From an uncultured Pseudomonadota bacterium (lineage in GTDB: Bacteria > Oederibacteriota > Muellerivitia > Muellerivitales > Muellerivitaceae): a stretch of 64,000 nucleotides of DNA. The stretch's first letter is position 1, and every line of letters begins with the position of its first letter. The notes beneath the pieces are model-generated. The model ran no database searches, had not been told where the DNA came from, and saw only the letters and a list, made by a program, of their open reading frames with translations. The translations under genes and the position numbers were made by a program. Of this stretch, positions 50,554 to 60,437 are shown piece after piece. The stretch spans positions 256,001-320,000 of the forward strand of contig CAWJKT010000004.1 of NCBI GenBank assembly GCA_963843375.1, written 5' to 3'.

Positions 50554-51543
50554 ATGGCGGAAGAAATATTCGACATCATCATCATTGGTGGCGGTCCCAC
50601 AGGAATGTTTGGCGGATTTTACGCGGGTTTGCGCGGCATGAAATTCAAGATTATCGATTCCCTGGAGCAATTGGGCGGACAGGTTTCCGCTATGTACCCT
50701 GAAAAAGACATTTTTGACGTCGCGGGATTCCCCCGCGTTTCGGGCAAAAAGCTTGTGCAGGACTTGGAGGAGCAGTTGATGCGCTTCAAGCCCGCCCTGG
50801 CTCTGGGAGAGAAAGTCACCGCGCTGGTGAAGCGCCCCGATAATGTTTTCGAATTGGCCACCGACACGGGAAACAAACATCATTGCAAGGCGGTCGTCCT
50901 GACGCTTGGCATGGGCTCCTTCACGCCCAAGAAACATCCGAACCCCGAACTTGCCCCCTTTGAGAACAAGGGCGTGCAATATGGCATCCTTTCCCTGGAG
51001 CCTTTCAAGGGAAAAAGGGCGCTGGTAGTTGGCGGCGGGGACTCCGCTCTGGACTGGGCCCTGATGCTGGAACCCATTTGCTCCAAGGTCACGCTTATCC
51101 ACCGCCGGGACGAGTTCAGAGCCCATGAGGAATCAGTTCGCAAACTGAAAGCCTCCAAGGTGGATATCAAGTTGTGGTATGAGTTGAGGACCGTCAAGGG
51201 CAACGGAAAAGTTGAGGAAGCGGTGGTCTATGAGAACCACACTAATAAAGATGAGTCCCTCCCCATGGATTTCGTGGTTCTTAATTTCGGGTTCCAAGCC
51301 AGCCTGGGCTTCCTGAAGGATTGGGGTATCCAACTGGAGAAGAATAAGATTCCAGTGAACCATAAGATGGAGACCAATGTCCCCGGCATCTATGCCGCGG
51401 GTGACATCGTGACCCACCCGGGAAAGCTGGACTTGATTGCCACTGGTTTCGCCGAGGGGGCCACGGCGGTCAATTTTTCTAAGACCTACATCAATCCTAA
51501 CGAAAAAGCTTCACCGGGCCACAGTTCGAATCTGAAGTGGTGA
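50554..51543 (+). CDS. Thioredoxin-reductase-type ferredoxin--NADP+ reductase (YumC-like)
   Basis: GGGPTG, GGQVSAMYPEKDIFDVAGFP, GGGDSALD, HRRDEFRAH and C-terminal PGHSS. No CxxC. Confidence 0.9.
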   Translation: MAEEIFDIIIIGGGPTGMFGGFYAGLRGMKFKIIDSLEQLGGQVSAMYPEKDIFDVAGFPRVSGKKLVQDLEEQLMRFKPALALGEKVTALVKRPDNVFELATDTGNKHHCKAVVLTLGMGSFTPKKHPNPELAPFENKGVQYGILSLEPFKGKRALVVGGGDSALDWALMLEPICSKVTLIHRRDEFRAHEESVRKLKASKVDIKLWYELRTVKGNGKVEEAVVYENHTNKDESLPMDFVVLNFGFQASLGFLKDWGIQLEKNKIPVNHKMETNVPGIYAAGDIVTHPGKLDLIATGFAEGATAVNFSKTYINPNEKASPGHSSNLKW

Positions 51544-51621
51544 AAAGGGAGCTAATGGCTGTTAGCCTCTCGCCATCGGATAACGACAGGGCTTTCAAAT
51601 AAAAATGTTTTGAGGTGAATT

Positions 51622-52442
51622 ATGTCCATCGACGTGAGGACAAAAAAAGGCTTGTTCTTCACTTTAAGAAAAGACCCTTGGTGGTTAGAACCTCTTTTTT
51701 ACCAATGTCTTTTCGCTGGCTTCACGATTTATGCCACTTGGGCAGCCTTGAACCCTTTTGGTCCCAACGGCCGGCATTTTTATGAATATGGCCCCTATCT
51801 TTCCCCCATGTTTTCCCCTTTTTTCAATCCCGATTGGCTGCACCGGCTCCCGGCAATGTTGGCCACGCCCGCTCTTTTGGTTCTTTGGGCGCCCGCGCGG
51901 ATTCCGGGGAACCTGTTATTACTATCGTAAAGCCTATTACCGTTCCGTCTTCATGGATCCTCCGGGTTGCGCAGTGGGGGAAGCCTGTTTGAAATACCAA
52001 GGCGAAACTAAGTTTTTCATCTTCCAAAACATTCATCGATATTTTTTTTATGTCGCTCTTCTTTTTATTTTCATTCTTTCCTGGGATGGTATCCTGGCCA
52101 TGATGTGGCCCGTCAACGGCATCGCCGCCAACAACAATTGTCTTCCGGGCCCCCGCCAGTTTGGAATCGGCGTGGGAACACTGGTAATGTGCCTGAATGC
52201 CTATCTCTTGGCCGGCTATACGCTGGGATGCCACGCTTTTAGGCACTTAGTGGGCGGCGGGTTGGATTTCCTGCGAGTGCGAGAAAATCACCCTTTGCGC
52301 TTCCTCTTGTGGAGCGTGGTCACCAAGCTTAATGAGCGCCATATGCAATGGGCGCTGGTTTCAATGATCTGGGTGGGATTCACTGATTTTTATATCCGAA
52401 TGTGCGCTATGGGCATATTGGCACGATTTCAGATTTTTTTAA
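51622..52442 (+). CDS. Succinate dehydrogenase membrane anchor, Sdh1/Rv0249c type (frameshifts near 51897 and 52417)
   Basis: YLSPMFSP, FRGTCYYYRKAYYR..F.DPP.CAV, FQNIHRYF, YTLGCHAFRH and LN.RHM.WA motifs. The corrected end reads WHDFRFF* with TAA at 52440-52442. Confidence 0.85.
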
Positions 52443-52550
52443 CGGGGAGCATATTGGGATTGCGGCCTTTAAGATTTTGTTCCATCAAAATTTTTTGCCG
52501 AACCCGATCATTTTATACTTTCCGTGGTGAAATCAATTCAGGAGAACGAA

Positions 52551-54427
52551 TTGGGCGATAACTACCAATCCTTTGAATACGACGTGCTGGTCATCGGGGC
52601 GGGCGGGGCGGGCCTGAGGGCCGCCATCGAGGCCTCTGCGGCGGGGTGCAAGACGGGTCTGGTCTGCAAGTCCCTCTTGGGCAAGGCCCATACGGTCATG
52701 GCCGAGGGCGGCATCGCGGCGGCTCTGGCCACCGTGGACTCCCGGGACTCCTGGCAGCAGCATTTCTGCGACGGCATGATCGGCGGCAACCTAGGCAACC
52801 ATTGGCGCATGGTCCAAATCCACGCCCAGCAGGCCCCCGACCGGGTCAGGGAACTGGAAAAATGGGGAGCGGTGTTCGACCGCACCACCGACGGCAAGGG
52901 AAACATCAACGTGCGCCATTTCGGCGGCCACACCTACAAGCGCCTGGCCCACGTGGGCGACCGCACGGGGCTGGAACTGATCCGCACCCTGCAGGACAAG
53001 GGCGTGCATTCCGGCATCGAGGTGCATATGGAATGCACCATTTACTCCCTTATGAAGGACGGCGACCGGATCGCCGGGGCCTATGGCTATTTCCGCGAGA
53101 CAGGCCGGCCGGTCCTCTTCAAGGCCAAGTCCGTCATTGTTTCCACCGGCGGCATCGGGAAACTTTATTTCATCAACTCCAATTCCTGGGAATGCGCGGG
53201 AGACGGGTTCGGGCTTGCCTACCTGGCGGGGGCCGAATTGGCCGACATGGAATATATCCAGTTCCACCCCACCGGCATGGTCTGGCCCCCTTCGGTGCGG
53301 GGCCTTCTCATCACCGAGGGCGTCCGGGGCGAGGGCGGGGTTTTGAAGAACAACAAGGGCGAGCGGTTCATGTTCAAGTACATCCCGCCCAAGTACCAGG
53401 GCAAATACGCCGAAACCGAGGAAGAGGCCAACGCCTGGTTCCAGAAAGTCGTCATTGAGGGCGTGAAGGAAGAGACGGTCAAGGAACGCAAACCCCCCGA
53501 GCTCATGAGCCGGGACGTGGTGGCGCGGGCCCTCTGGAACGAGATCAAGGAAGGCCGGGGCACCGAACATGGGGGCGTCTATTCTGGATATCGCCTCCCG
53601 CCGCACGCCCGAGGACATCAAGAAGAAACTTCCCTCCATGTACCACCAGTTCAAGCAGCTGGCGGACGTGGATATCACCAAGGTTCCCATGGAAACCGGC
53701 CCCACCTGCCATTACATGATGGGCGGGGTGAAGGTGGACCCGGAAACCCAGATGTCGAACGTTCCGGGCCTTTTCGCGGCGGGCGAATGCTCGGCAGGGA
53801 TGCACGGGTGCAACCGGCTTGGCGGGAACTCCCTTTCCGACCTGGTGGTTTTCGGCAAACTGGCGGGGGAACACGCGGCCGATCTACGCCAAAAAATTGA
53901 AGGATTTCCCCAAGATCGACGAGTCCCAATTGGCCGGCTTGAACAAGGAAATGAACCGGCCTTTCGAAAACCAGGGCGGGGAAGTGTCCTACAAAATCCT
54001 GGCGGACCTACAGCACATCATGGAAAAGGGCGCGGGCATGTTCCGGGAAGAACCCGCGATGGACCAGTGCCTGAAGGACCTGGAAGGCTTGAAGGAGCGC
54101 GTCAAGAAGGTTTCCGCCGAGGGGAACCGCATGTTCAACCCCGGCTGGCACGTGGCGCTGGACCTGCGCAACATGCTGGCGGTGGGGGAGGCCATCGTGA
54201 GGGCGGCCAAGGAACGCAAGGAATCCCGCGGGGGCCATACCCGCACCGACTACACGGGTTACTCCAAGGAGTTCGCCAAGAAGCGCGTGGTGGTGCGGCA
54301 GAAGGGCGACAAAATGGAAGTGGTGAAGGAGGACCTGCCCCAAATCCCGGCGGAACTGGAAAAGGAACTGGTGGACGCTCATTTTTTAAAGCCGGAAATT
54401 TTGAAGCAACTTCGAGGCGAGGTTTAG
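52551..54427 (+). CDS. sdhA: Succinate dehydrogenase/fumarate reductase flavoprotein (frameshifts near 53582 and 53881)
   Basis: IGAGGAGL, KAHTVMAEGG, QFHPTG, TEGVRGEGG, PTCHYMMGG, HGCNRLGGNSL and ESRGGH motifs spread over three frames. TTG start after AGGAG. Confidence 0.93.
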
Positions 54428-54534
54428 TCCCGTTTTGAGTTTCTAGCCGGGGCGCGATTTAACTTGGTTGATGTTTTTAAAATAATGGGCATCCTGCAGG
54501 GGTGCTCAAACAGATGAAGCAAGGCGGTGCACAA

Positions 54535-55270
54535 ATGTCCAACGTTCACATGAAGGTCTACCGGGGAAACTCGGAAGGCGGGGAACTGAAGGATTACAAC
54601 GTCGAGGCCGAAGAGGGCATGGTGGTACTGGACGTGGTCCACAAGATCCAGGCCACCCAATCCTCCGACTTGGCCTGCCGATGGAACTGCAAGGCGGGCA
54701 AATGCGGCTCCTGCTCGGCCGAAGTGAACGGCAAACCCCGCTTGATGTGCATGACCCGAATGAACGAGTTTAAGGAGGGCGAAACCATCACGGTCACCCC
54801 CATGAAAACCTTCCCGCTCTTGAAAGACCTGGCCACCGACGTTTCCTGGAACTACGAGGTGAACAAGAGAATTCCCCCTTTCACCCCCAAAGAGGGGGCC
54901 GATTGGCATTGGGAACAGGAGGACGTGGACCGGGTGCAGGAATTCCGCAAGTGCATCGAATGCTTCCTCTGCCAGGACACCTGCCACGTCTTGCGCGACC
55001 ACGACATGATGGCTAAGTTCGCCGGACCCCGATTTTTCGTTCGCATCGCCTCCCTGGAAATGCACCCTATTCGATGGCCTGGACCGCACGGGTTTATTAA
55101 AGAACGAGCACGGCCTGGGCTACTGCAACATCACCAAGTGCTGCACCGAAGTTTGCCCCGAATCCATCCACATCACTGACAACGCCATCATCCCCCTCAA
55201 GGAAAGGGTCGTGGACAAGTATTACGATCCACTCAAGATTCTTTTAAGCAAGGTGTTCGGTAAAAAATAA
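54535..55270 (+). CDS. sdhB: Succinate dehydrogenase/fumarate reductase Fe-S subunit (frameshift near 55070)
   Basis: CRWNCKAGKCGSC and CIECFLCQDTC, with CNITKCCTEVCP in the shifted frame. Stop at 55268-55270. Confidence 0.93.
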
Positions 55271-55430
55271 TAAGATCCACAACCAAAACAACAGGGCGTT
55301 TGTACTAAAAGACACCAAGAACAGCAAAAAAAGAAATCCATTTTTCCGTTGCCGGTTTTGAGGCCATGGGATGAATAGGTTTTCAGTCATTCTTTAATTT
55401 TAAATTTGAAAACTTGTTTGCTTTTAGCCA

Positions 55431-58400
55431 CTAGTGCCTTACGACGAGATGGACGGTTTGCCGCTCGGTCATTCCGTTGGCATCGTTCAGGTCCACCACG
55501 GCCAGATAAAAACCGCTAGCGACCCCCGAAGCGTTCCACGATACCTGGTTGGTTCCCGGGGCTCCCCGTATCGTTCCCACGAGTTCACCCGTGATCGTGT
55601 AAAAACGCGCGGTCAAAGTCAGGCCGAGGGCCGAGTTCACCCTCAAAAGGGTGGTCGTTTGGTTCCCCACCAACAAATTAGGCTCGGCGACAACCTGTCC
55701 TAGTGCCATTCCCTGAGCGCTGTTGATGACCAACACCTTTTGAGTGATGGTCTGGTCCCCTCCGTTTTCATTCACCCAATAGGCCTCCACGAAATATTGG
55801 CCGTTGGTCACCAGGCTTCCCCCGTCGTTGGTGCCATTCCAAACGATTGTTAGGCCGCCGTCGGACATGGCCACGTGGATGGTGGTTTGGGCGGGGACGC
55901 CAGACGGGGAAAGGGGGCCGCCGGGTGAAATCACGCTTGCCGATAGGACCACCGACTGGATAGTGTTGCTGCTAACAGGGACCATAGCCTGGTAAAGATG
56001 CTTCACCACCTCTCCGGCCTCGTTGTATACCTCCACCAAAACCATGGAAAGGGTTCGGTTCACGGTCACGGTCTGGGTCGTGGTCGTCACCACGCCAAAG
56101 CTGTCGGTGCTTTGAACCTTGATGAAATACTCGCCGTTGGTGACCGGGGTGCCGTTCTGGGTGGTGCCGTCCCAGGATGCCGCTGGAATCCCCAACAGGG
56201 ACAGCGAGATTGAGCTGGTTTGGTTGGAAAGGATGGCGGAGGAAAGCTGGAAAGTCTGGATGACCTGGGAAAAATTCTGGACCAGTAAGGTTTTCACCAA
56301 TTCCCCAGCCGAGTTATAGACGCTGACTTGGACGTTAATGGGAAAAATTACTGTGACCGGCGCGGTGACGGATTGGGGCGGGCCGCCGAGGTAAGCCGCT
56401 TGGGCTTTATTCAAAAGCACCGTCTGTTCGATCAGGTTTGTCTGGACCGTGACTGTATAGGGCAATTGGTAGGAGCCGGGACTCAGGGAAGGAAAATTCC
56501 AATTAAGGACCTGGCCGCTTTCTCCCATGGTTTCGCCGGAAATAGCGGGCGAAGGCGGGCCGAGAGCCGCGAAATTCACCTGCGCGGGCAGGGTATCGGT
56601 GACTTTTACGTTCGAGGCGACAGATCCCGAGACCGTTAGAAGGATCCGGTAGGTTATCGTGTCTCCGGGATGGGCTGAGGTCTCGGAAGCCACCTTTTGA
56701 ATTTGGATTCCCGGCGTGGGAGTAAAGGTATTGGTGGGTGTGAAGGTGAAAGTCGGTGTCTGGGTAGGCGTAAAAGTATTGGTGGAGGTTGGGGTGAGTG
56801 TGGGCGTAAAGGTAGGGGTGAAAGTAGACGTTTTCGTGGCGGAGGGCGTCGGGGTATAGGTGGCTGTAGTCGTGGCCGTGTTTGTGGGAGTGGGAGTTTC
56901 GGTCGCAGTGAAAGTTTGGGAAGGGGTAAAAGTCGCGGTCCAGGTAGCCGTTAGGGTGTAGGTGTCGGTTACGGTCGATGTCGCAGTGAGGGTGGGAGTG
57001 GAGGTTGCCGTGTAGGACTCGGTGGATGTGGCGGTGAAGGTCTCAGTGGAAGTGGGTGTTTCAGTCGCGGTCGTGGTGAAGCTTAGGGTCGCGGTCGGAG
57101 TTGACGTGTTCGTAGGGGTTGCGGTGGGTGTGACCGTGGGACTATTGGTCGAAGTGATCGTGGAGGTATTCGTTGTTGTTGCGGTAGCGCTGTTCGTCGG
57201 CGTGCCCGTTGGAGTGTAAGTGGGGCTGTTTGTCGCGGTCGGGGTGGTTGTACCAGTGGAAGTGTTAGTTGCGGAATTGGTGGCCGTGGGTGTTGGAGAG
57301 TTCGTTGTGGTTGGCGTAGTTGAGTTCGTAGGGGTGTTGGTTGAAGTGACGGTTGGACTGTTGCTCGCGGTGTTCGTTGGAGTTACGGTGGGGCTGTTGC
57401 TTGCGGTACTGGTGGATGTGTTGGTGGGGGTGTTGGTCGCGGTATTGGCCAGTGTGTTGGTCGGAGTGTTCGTGGGGGTCGGGGTGGGCGTCTTGGTGGG
57501 AGTGCTGGTTGCGCTGGGTGTTGAAGAGTTCGTTGTGGTTGGCGTAGTTGAGTTCGTAGGGGTGTTGGTAGGAGTGGCGGTGGGACTGTTGCTCTGGGTG
57601 TTCGTGGGAGTATTAGTCGTTGTCGCGGTGGCGCTATTTGTCGGAGTATTCGTGGACGTCGGTGTTGCACTGTTTGTTGGGGTATAAGTAGGACTGTTGG
57701 TGGGAGTGTTGGTCGCGGTATTGGCTAGGGTGTTGGTCGGTGTATTCGTCGGTGTAGGGGTAGGCGTCTTGGTGGGAGTATCGGTTGGGGTATTAGTGGC
57801 AGTTGGCGTTGGAGAATTTGTTGTTGTTGGAGTGGCAGTATTTGTAGGGGTGCTGGTGGGAGTAGCGGTGGGACTGTTGGTCGCGGTGTTCGTGGGAGTG
57901 TTAGTCGTTGTCGCGGTGGCGCTATTTGTCGGAGTATTCGTGGACGTCGGTGTTGCACTGTTTGTCGGGGTATAAGTGGGACTTTTGGTGAGGGTGTTGG
58001 TCGCGGTATTGGCTAGGGTGTTGGTCGGCGTGTTCGTCGCGGTTGTGGAGGAAGTCAAAGTGAAAGTGTTGGTGGGTGTATTGGTGGTAGTGTTGGTGGT
58101 GGTGTTTGTGGGGCTAAGAGTGGGTGTACTTGTAGGAGTCGGGGTGGGTGTGCGAGACGCCGTATTCGTGGGGGTCAAAGTCGGGGTATAGGTCGGGGTA
58201 TCCGTGGGACTGTTCGTAGTAGTAAAAGTAAACGTTGGTGTCGGACTGTTTGTGGGCGTGTTTGTTACGGTATTCGTGGAGGTTGGGGTGGAGCTGTTTG
58301 TCGTGGTGTTCGTTGGAGTGTTGGTGGCGGTATTAGTTTGGGTATTCTCCGGAGTGTTGGTGAGAGTGTAAGTGGAGGTTGGATTCGGGGTGTTCGTCGG

Positions 58401-60257
58401 TGTGGGGGTGAAGGTGTTGGTTGGGCTATTGGTGGCAGTATTGGTCGGAGTTGGAGTTGGGCTTTGCGTTGGAGTAGGGGTGGGCGTGTAACTAGGCGTC
58501 GGTGTGGGGCTGTTGGTCGGGGTATTGGTTGAGGTATTGGTGGGTGTGCAAGTATAACCCACGCCGTTGGTTACGGCATTGGACAACAGGGTGGAAGGCT
58601 GGGTCTCATCGTTCGCCTCTTGCGCGATGTTGACGATGCTTCCGGTACAGGTTCCAGGTGGCAGGGAGGCGACCGACACGCCGAAGGAAAGAGTACCTGA
58701 GGCGCCTGCCGCCAGGTAACCGATGTTCCAAATCAAGTCCTGGCCGATGAGCGAGGTGACGGGTTCGTAGGGGACGCTGGTCACTGAGTTGGAAAGCAGG
58801 CTCGTCCCTGTTGGAATGGTGTCGTTGACCATCACTCCGCTGATGGCGGAGTTCCCGGTGTTTTTGTAGGAAAGGGTGTAGGTGATGGTCTGACCCTCAC
58901 TCACTTGACCGGAGGGGCTGTTGGCCTTAGTGAGGGTTATGGAGGGATTGGGGCAGGAGACCCAAGTGGGACAATCGAAATAACCCCAGCCATAGTGCCC
59001 GCCCTCGTCGCAGTCGTATTCGGTGACGACAATGGTGCACTGTTGGCCTGCGTATTGGCACATGTTGAGTGTATATGGGGTCCAGGGGAAAACGCCCCAT
59101 CCCGTCCCGGCGGAAGGATTGACTTGGCAATTGACAGCGCCGTAGGTTCCGGCGTTGTTGCCAACCAGGCCGTCCAGCGTCACCAACCCCGACCCGACCA
59201 GGTAGGCCCAGTTATAAATAAGGTCGTAAACCAATTGGCCCCCAGCACCGCATTGGCCCCCGCCGACGTAAAGCTGGACTTCCATATAGGCATCGCTGTT
59301 GGGTTCACCTGGATCATTGACGTAGTGGTAATCCTCGAAAACACCCGCCAGCCAAAAAGAAAGACAGCAGGAACCATTGGTCGGAACAGTCGTCGTGCCG
59401 CAGACCCTGGAATAATCCTCATGGTTGGTATCACCCCGGCCGGAAAAAAGCTGGATGGCGCTGGTTTGGCCCGGAGGGACCATGTTCAACAGGCCGTTGG
59501 AGTTGGGCGCCACCCCAGGGCCCACCACGTTAGCCGCAGGGTTGCAGACCACGGCGGCTCCCGAATTCGTCAAAGTCGTCCAACCGGTCAGGCCATTCAT
59601 ATAGCAGGCATTGGGCCAAGTGGTAGGGGTTGGGGTAGGGGTGATGGTAGGTGTATTGGTGATGGTGGGTGTGTTGGTCACCGTCGGAGTGGCTGTCATG
59701 GTTGCTGTTTGGGTGGGCGTGGAAGTGATGGTGGGCGTACGGGTCGCTGTCCAAGAGGCGCTGTTGGTCGGCGTGGTAGTGGGGGAATAGGTGCAGGTAA
59801 AGGTTGGCGTATTCGTGGGGGTGTTCATCGTCGTGTTGGTCAATGTCAGGGTTGGAGTTGCCGTCACGCTTGGAGTGTAAGTGGCTGAGGCTGTGGGCGT
59901 CCCGGTTGGAACGGTTGTGGTGGTATTGGAGAAAGTGTTGGTCGGGGTATTGGTCAAAGTGTAAATCGGTGTATTCGATGGGCTATTGGTCGTCGTGTTC
60001 GTCGTCGTTTCGGTCGGCGTCAGGGTAACCTGGGTCCAAGCCCTTATGGGTACGCCGAGGGAAAGGATGGACAGTAAAACCAAAACTTTGAACCGTCTAA
60101 ACCATGGCGCAGAGTAGATTCCATAGAAGGCGGGCTCGGGTGGCGGTGCATAGGTCGAAACCGATCCAAAATCCGCACAATACTCATACCGCGGTTTTTG
60201 AAAAAATTCTTGCCCTGGGGGGGAATATTCCCTTTCGTGTCTTTTATACGAAGTCAT
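55431..60257 (-). CDS. 1608-aa secreted protein: Cys-rich N-domain, DUF11-like domains, long Thr-rich stalk, three FlgD/T9SS-like C-terminal domains
   Basis: Signal-like segment [23 protein letters not shown], two G.TITY.....V.DT.P domains, and YN.AGE.VK.L..W.GT...G..V.NG.YF repeats. Start position uncertain. Confidence 0.85.
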   Translation of the reverse strand: MTSYKRHEREYSPPGQEFFQKPRYEYCADFGSVSTYAPPPEPAFYGIYSAPWFRRFKVLVLLSILSLGVPIRAWTQVTLTPTETTTNTTTNSPSNTPIYTLTNTPTNTFSNTTTTVPTGTPTASATYTPSVTATPTLTLTNTTMNTPTNTPTFTCTYSPTTTPTNSASWTATRTPTITSTPTQTATMTATPTVTNTPTITNTPTITPTPTPTTWPNACYMNGLTGWTTLTNSGAAVVCNPAANVVGPGVAPNSNGLLNMVPPGQTSAIQLFSGRGDTNHEDYSRVCGTTTVPTNGSCCLSFWLAGVFEDYHYVNDPGEPNSDAYMEVQLYVGGGQCGAGGQLVYDLIYNWAYLVGSGLVTLDGLVGNNAGTYGAVNCQVNPSAGTGWGVFPWTPYTLNMCQYAGQQCTIVVTEYDCDEGGHYGWGYFDCPTWVSCPNPSITLTKANSPSGQVSEGQTITYTLSYKNTGNSAISGVMVNDTIPTGTSLLSNSVTSVPYEPVTSLIGQDLIWNIGYLAAGASGTLSFGVSVASLPPGTCTGSIVNIAQEANDETQPSTLLSNAVTNGVGYTCTPTNTSTNTPTNSPTPTPSYTPTPTPTQSPTPTPTNTATNSPTNTFTPTPTNTPNPTSTYTLTNTPENTQTNTATNTPTNTTTNSSTPTSTNTVTNTPTNSPTPTFTFTTTNSPTDTPTYTPTLTPTNTASRTPTPTPTSTPTLSPTNTTTNTTTNTPTNTFTLTSSTTATNTPTNTLANTATNTLTKSPTYTPTNSATPTSTNTPTNSATATTTNTPTNTATNSPTATPTSTPTNTATPTTTNSPTPTATNTPTDTPTKTPTPTPTNTPTNTLANTATNTPTNSPTYTPTNSATPTSTNTPTNSATATTTNTPTNTQSNSPTATPTNTPTNSTTPTTTNSSTPSATSTPTKTPTPTPTNTPTNTLANTATNTPTNTSTSTASNSPTVTPTNTASNSPTVTSTNTPTNSTTPTTTNSPTPTATNSATNTSTGTTTPTATNSPTYTPTGTPTNSATATTTNTSTITSTNSPTVTPTATPTNTSTPTATLSFTTTATETPTSTETFTATSTESYTATSTPTLTATSTVTDTYTLTATWTATFTPSQTFTATETPTPTNTATTTATYTPTPSATKTSTFTPTFTPTLTPTSTNTFTPTQTPTFTFTPTNTFTPTPGIQIQKVASETSAHPGDTITYRILLTVSGSVASNVKVTDTLPAQVNFAALGPPSPAISGETMGESGQVLNWNFPSLSPGSYQLPYTVTVQTNLIEQTVLLNKAQAAYLGGPPQSVTAPVTVIFPINVQVSVYNSAGELVKTLLVQNFSQVIQTFQLSSAILSNQTSSISLSLLGIPAASWDGTTQNGTPVTNGEYFIKVQSTDSFGVVTTTTQTVTVNRTLSMVLVEVYNEAGEVVKHLYQAMVPVSSNTIQSVVLSASVISPGGPLSPSGVPAQTTIHVAMSDGGLTIVWNGTNDGGSLVTNGQYFVEAYWVNENGGDQTITQKVLVINSAQGMALGQVVAEPNLLVGNQTTTLLRVNSALGLTLTARFYTITGELVGTIRGAPGTNQVSWNASGVASGFYLAVVDLNDANGMTERQTVHLVVRH
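57601..58028 (-). repeat. Imperfect internal duplication with 288-bp period in the Thr-rich stalk
   Basis: A block of about 140 bp beginning ttcgtgggagt..agtcgttgtcgcggtggcgctatttgtcgg occurs at 57601 and 57889. Confidence 0.85.
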
Positions 60258-60437
60258 TTTTATCAGTCCAATTCCAAAGTCAATCGGCTGTAAGATTCAA
60301 TTTCAATAAAGAAGTTTTCGGAGCTGGGCAAAGCTTATCGCTCCTATTTGTCCAAAACACCCGAGGAAAAAAACCGAATAACCCGAAAATTCCAAAACGA
60401 TTGTTTTTTATTTCTTGGAGTTGGAATGAAGCTGGGC

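Noticed and set aside
60351..60398. TCCAAAAC direct repeat 40 bp apart as an AraC operator
   Set aside because: Only 8 bp in an A-rich region, which is insufficient support.
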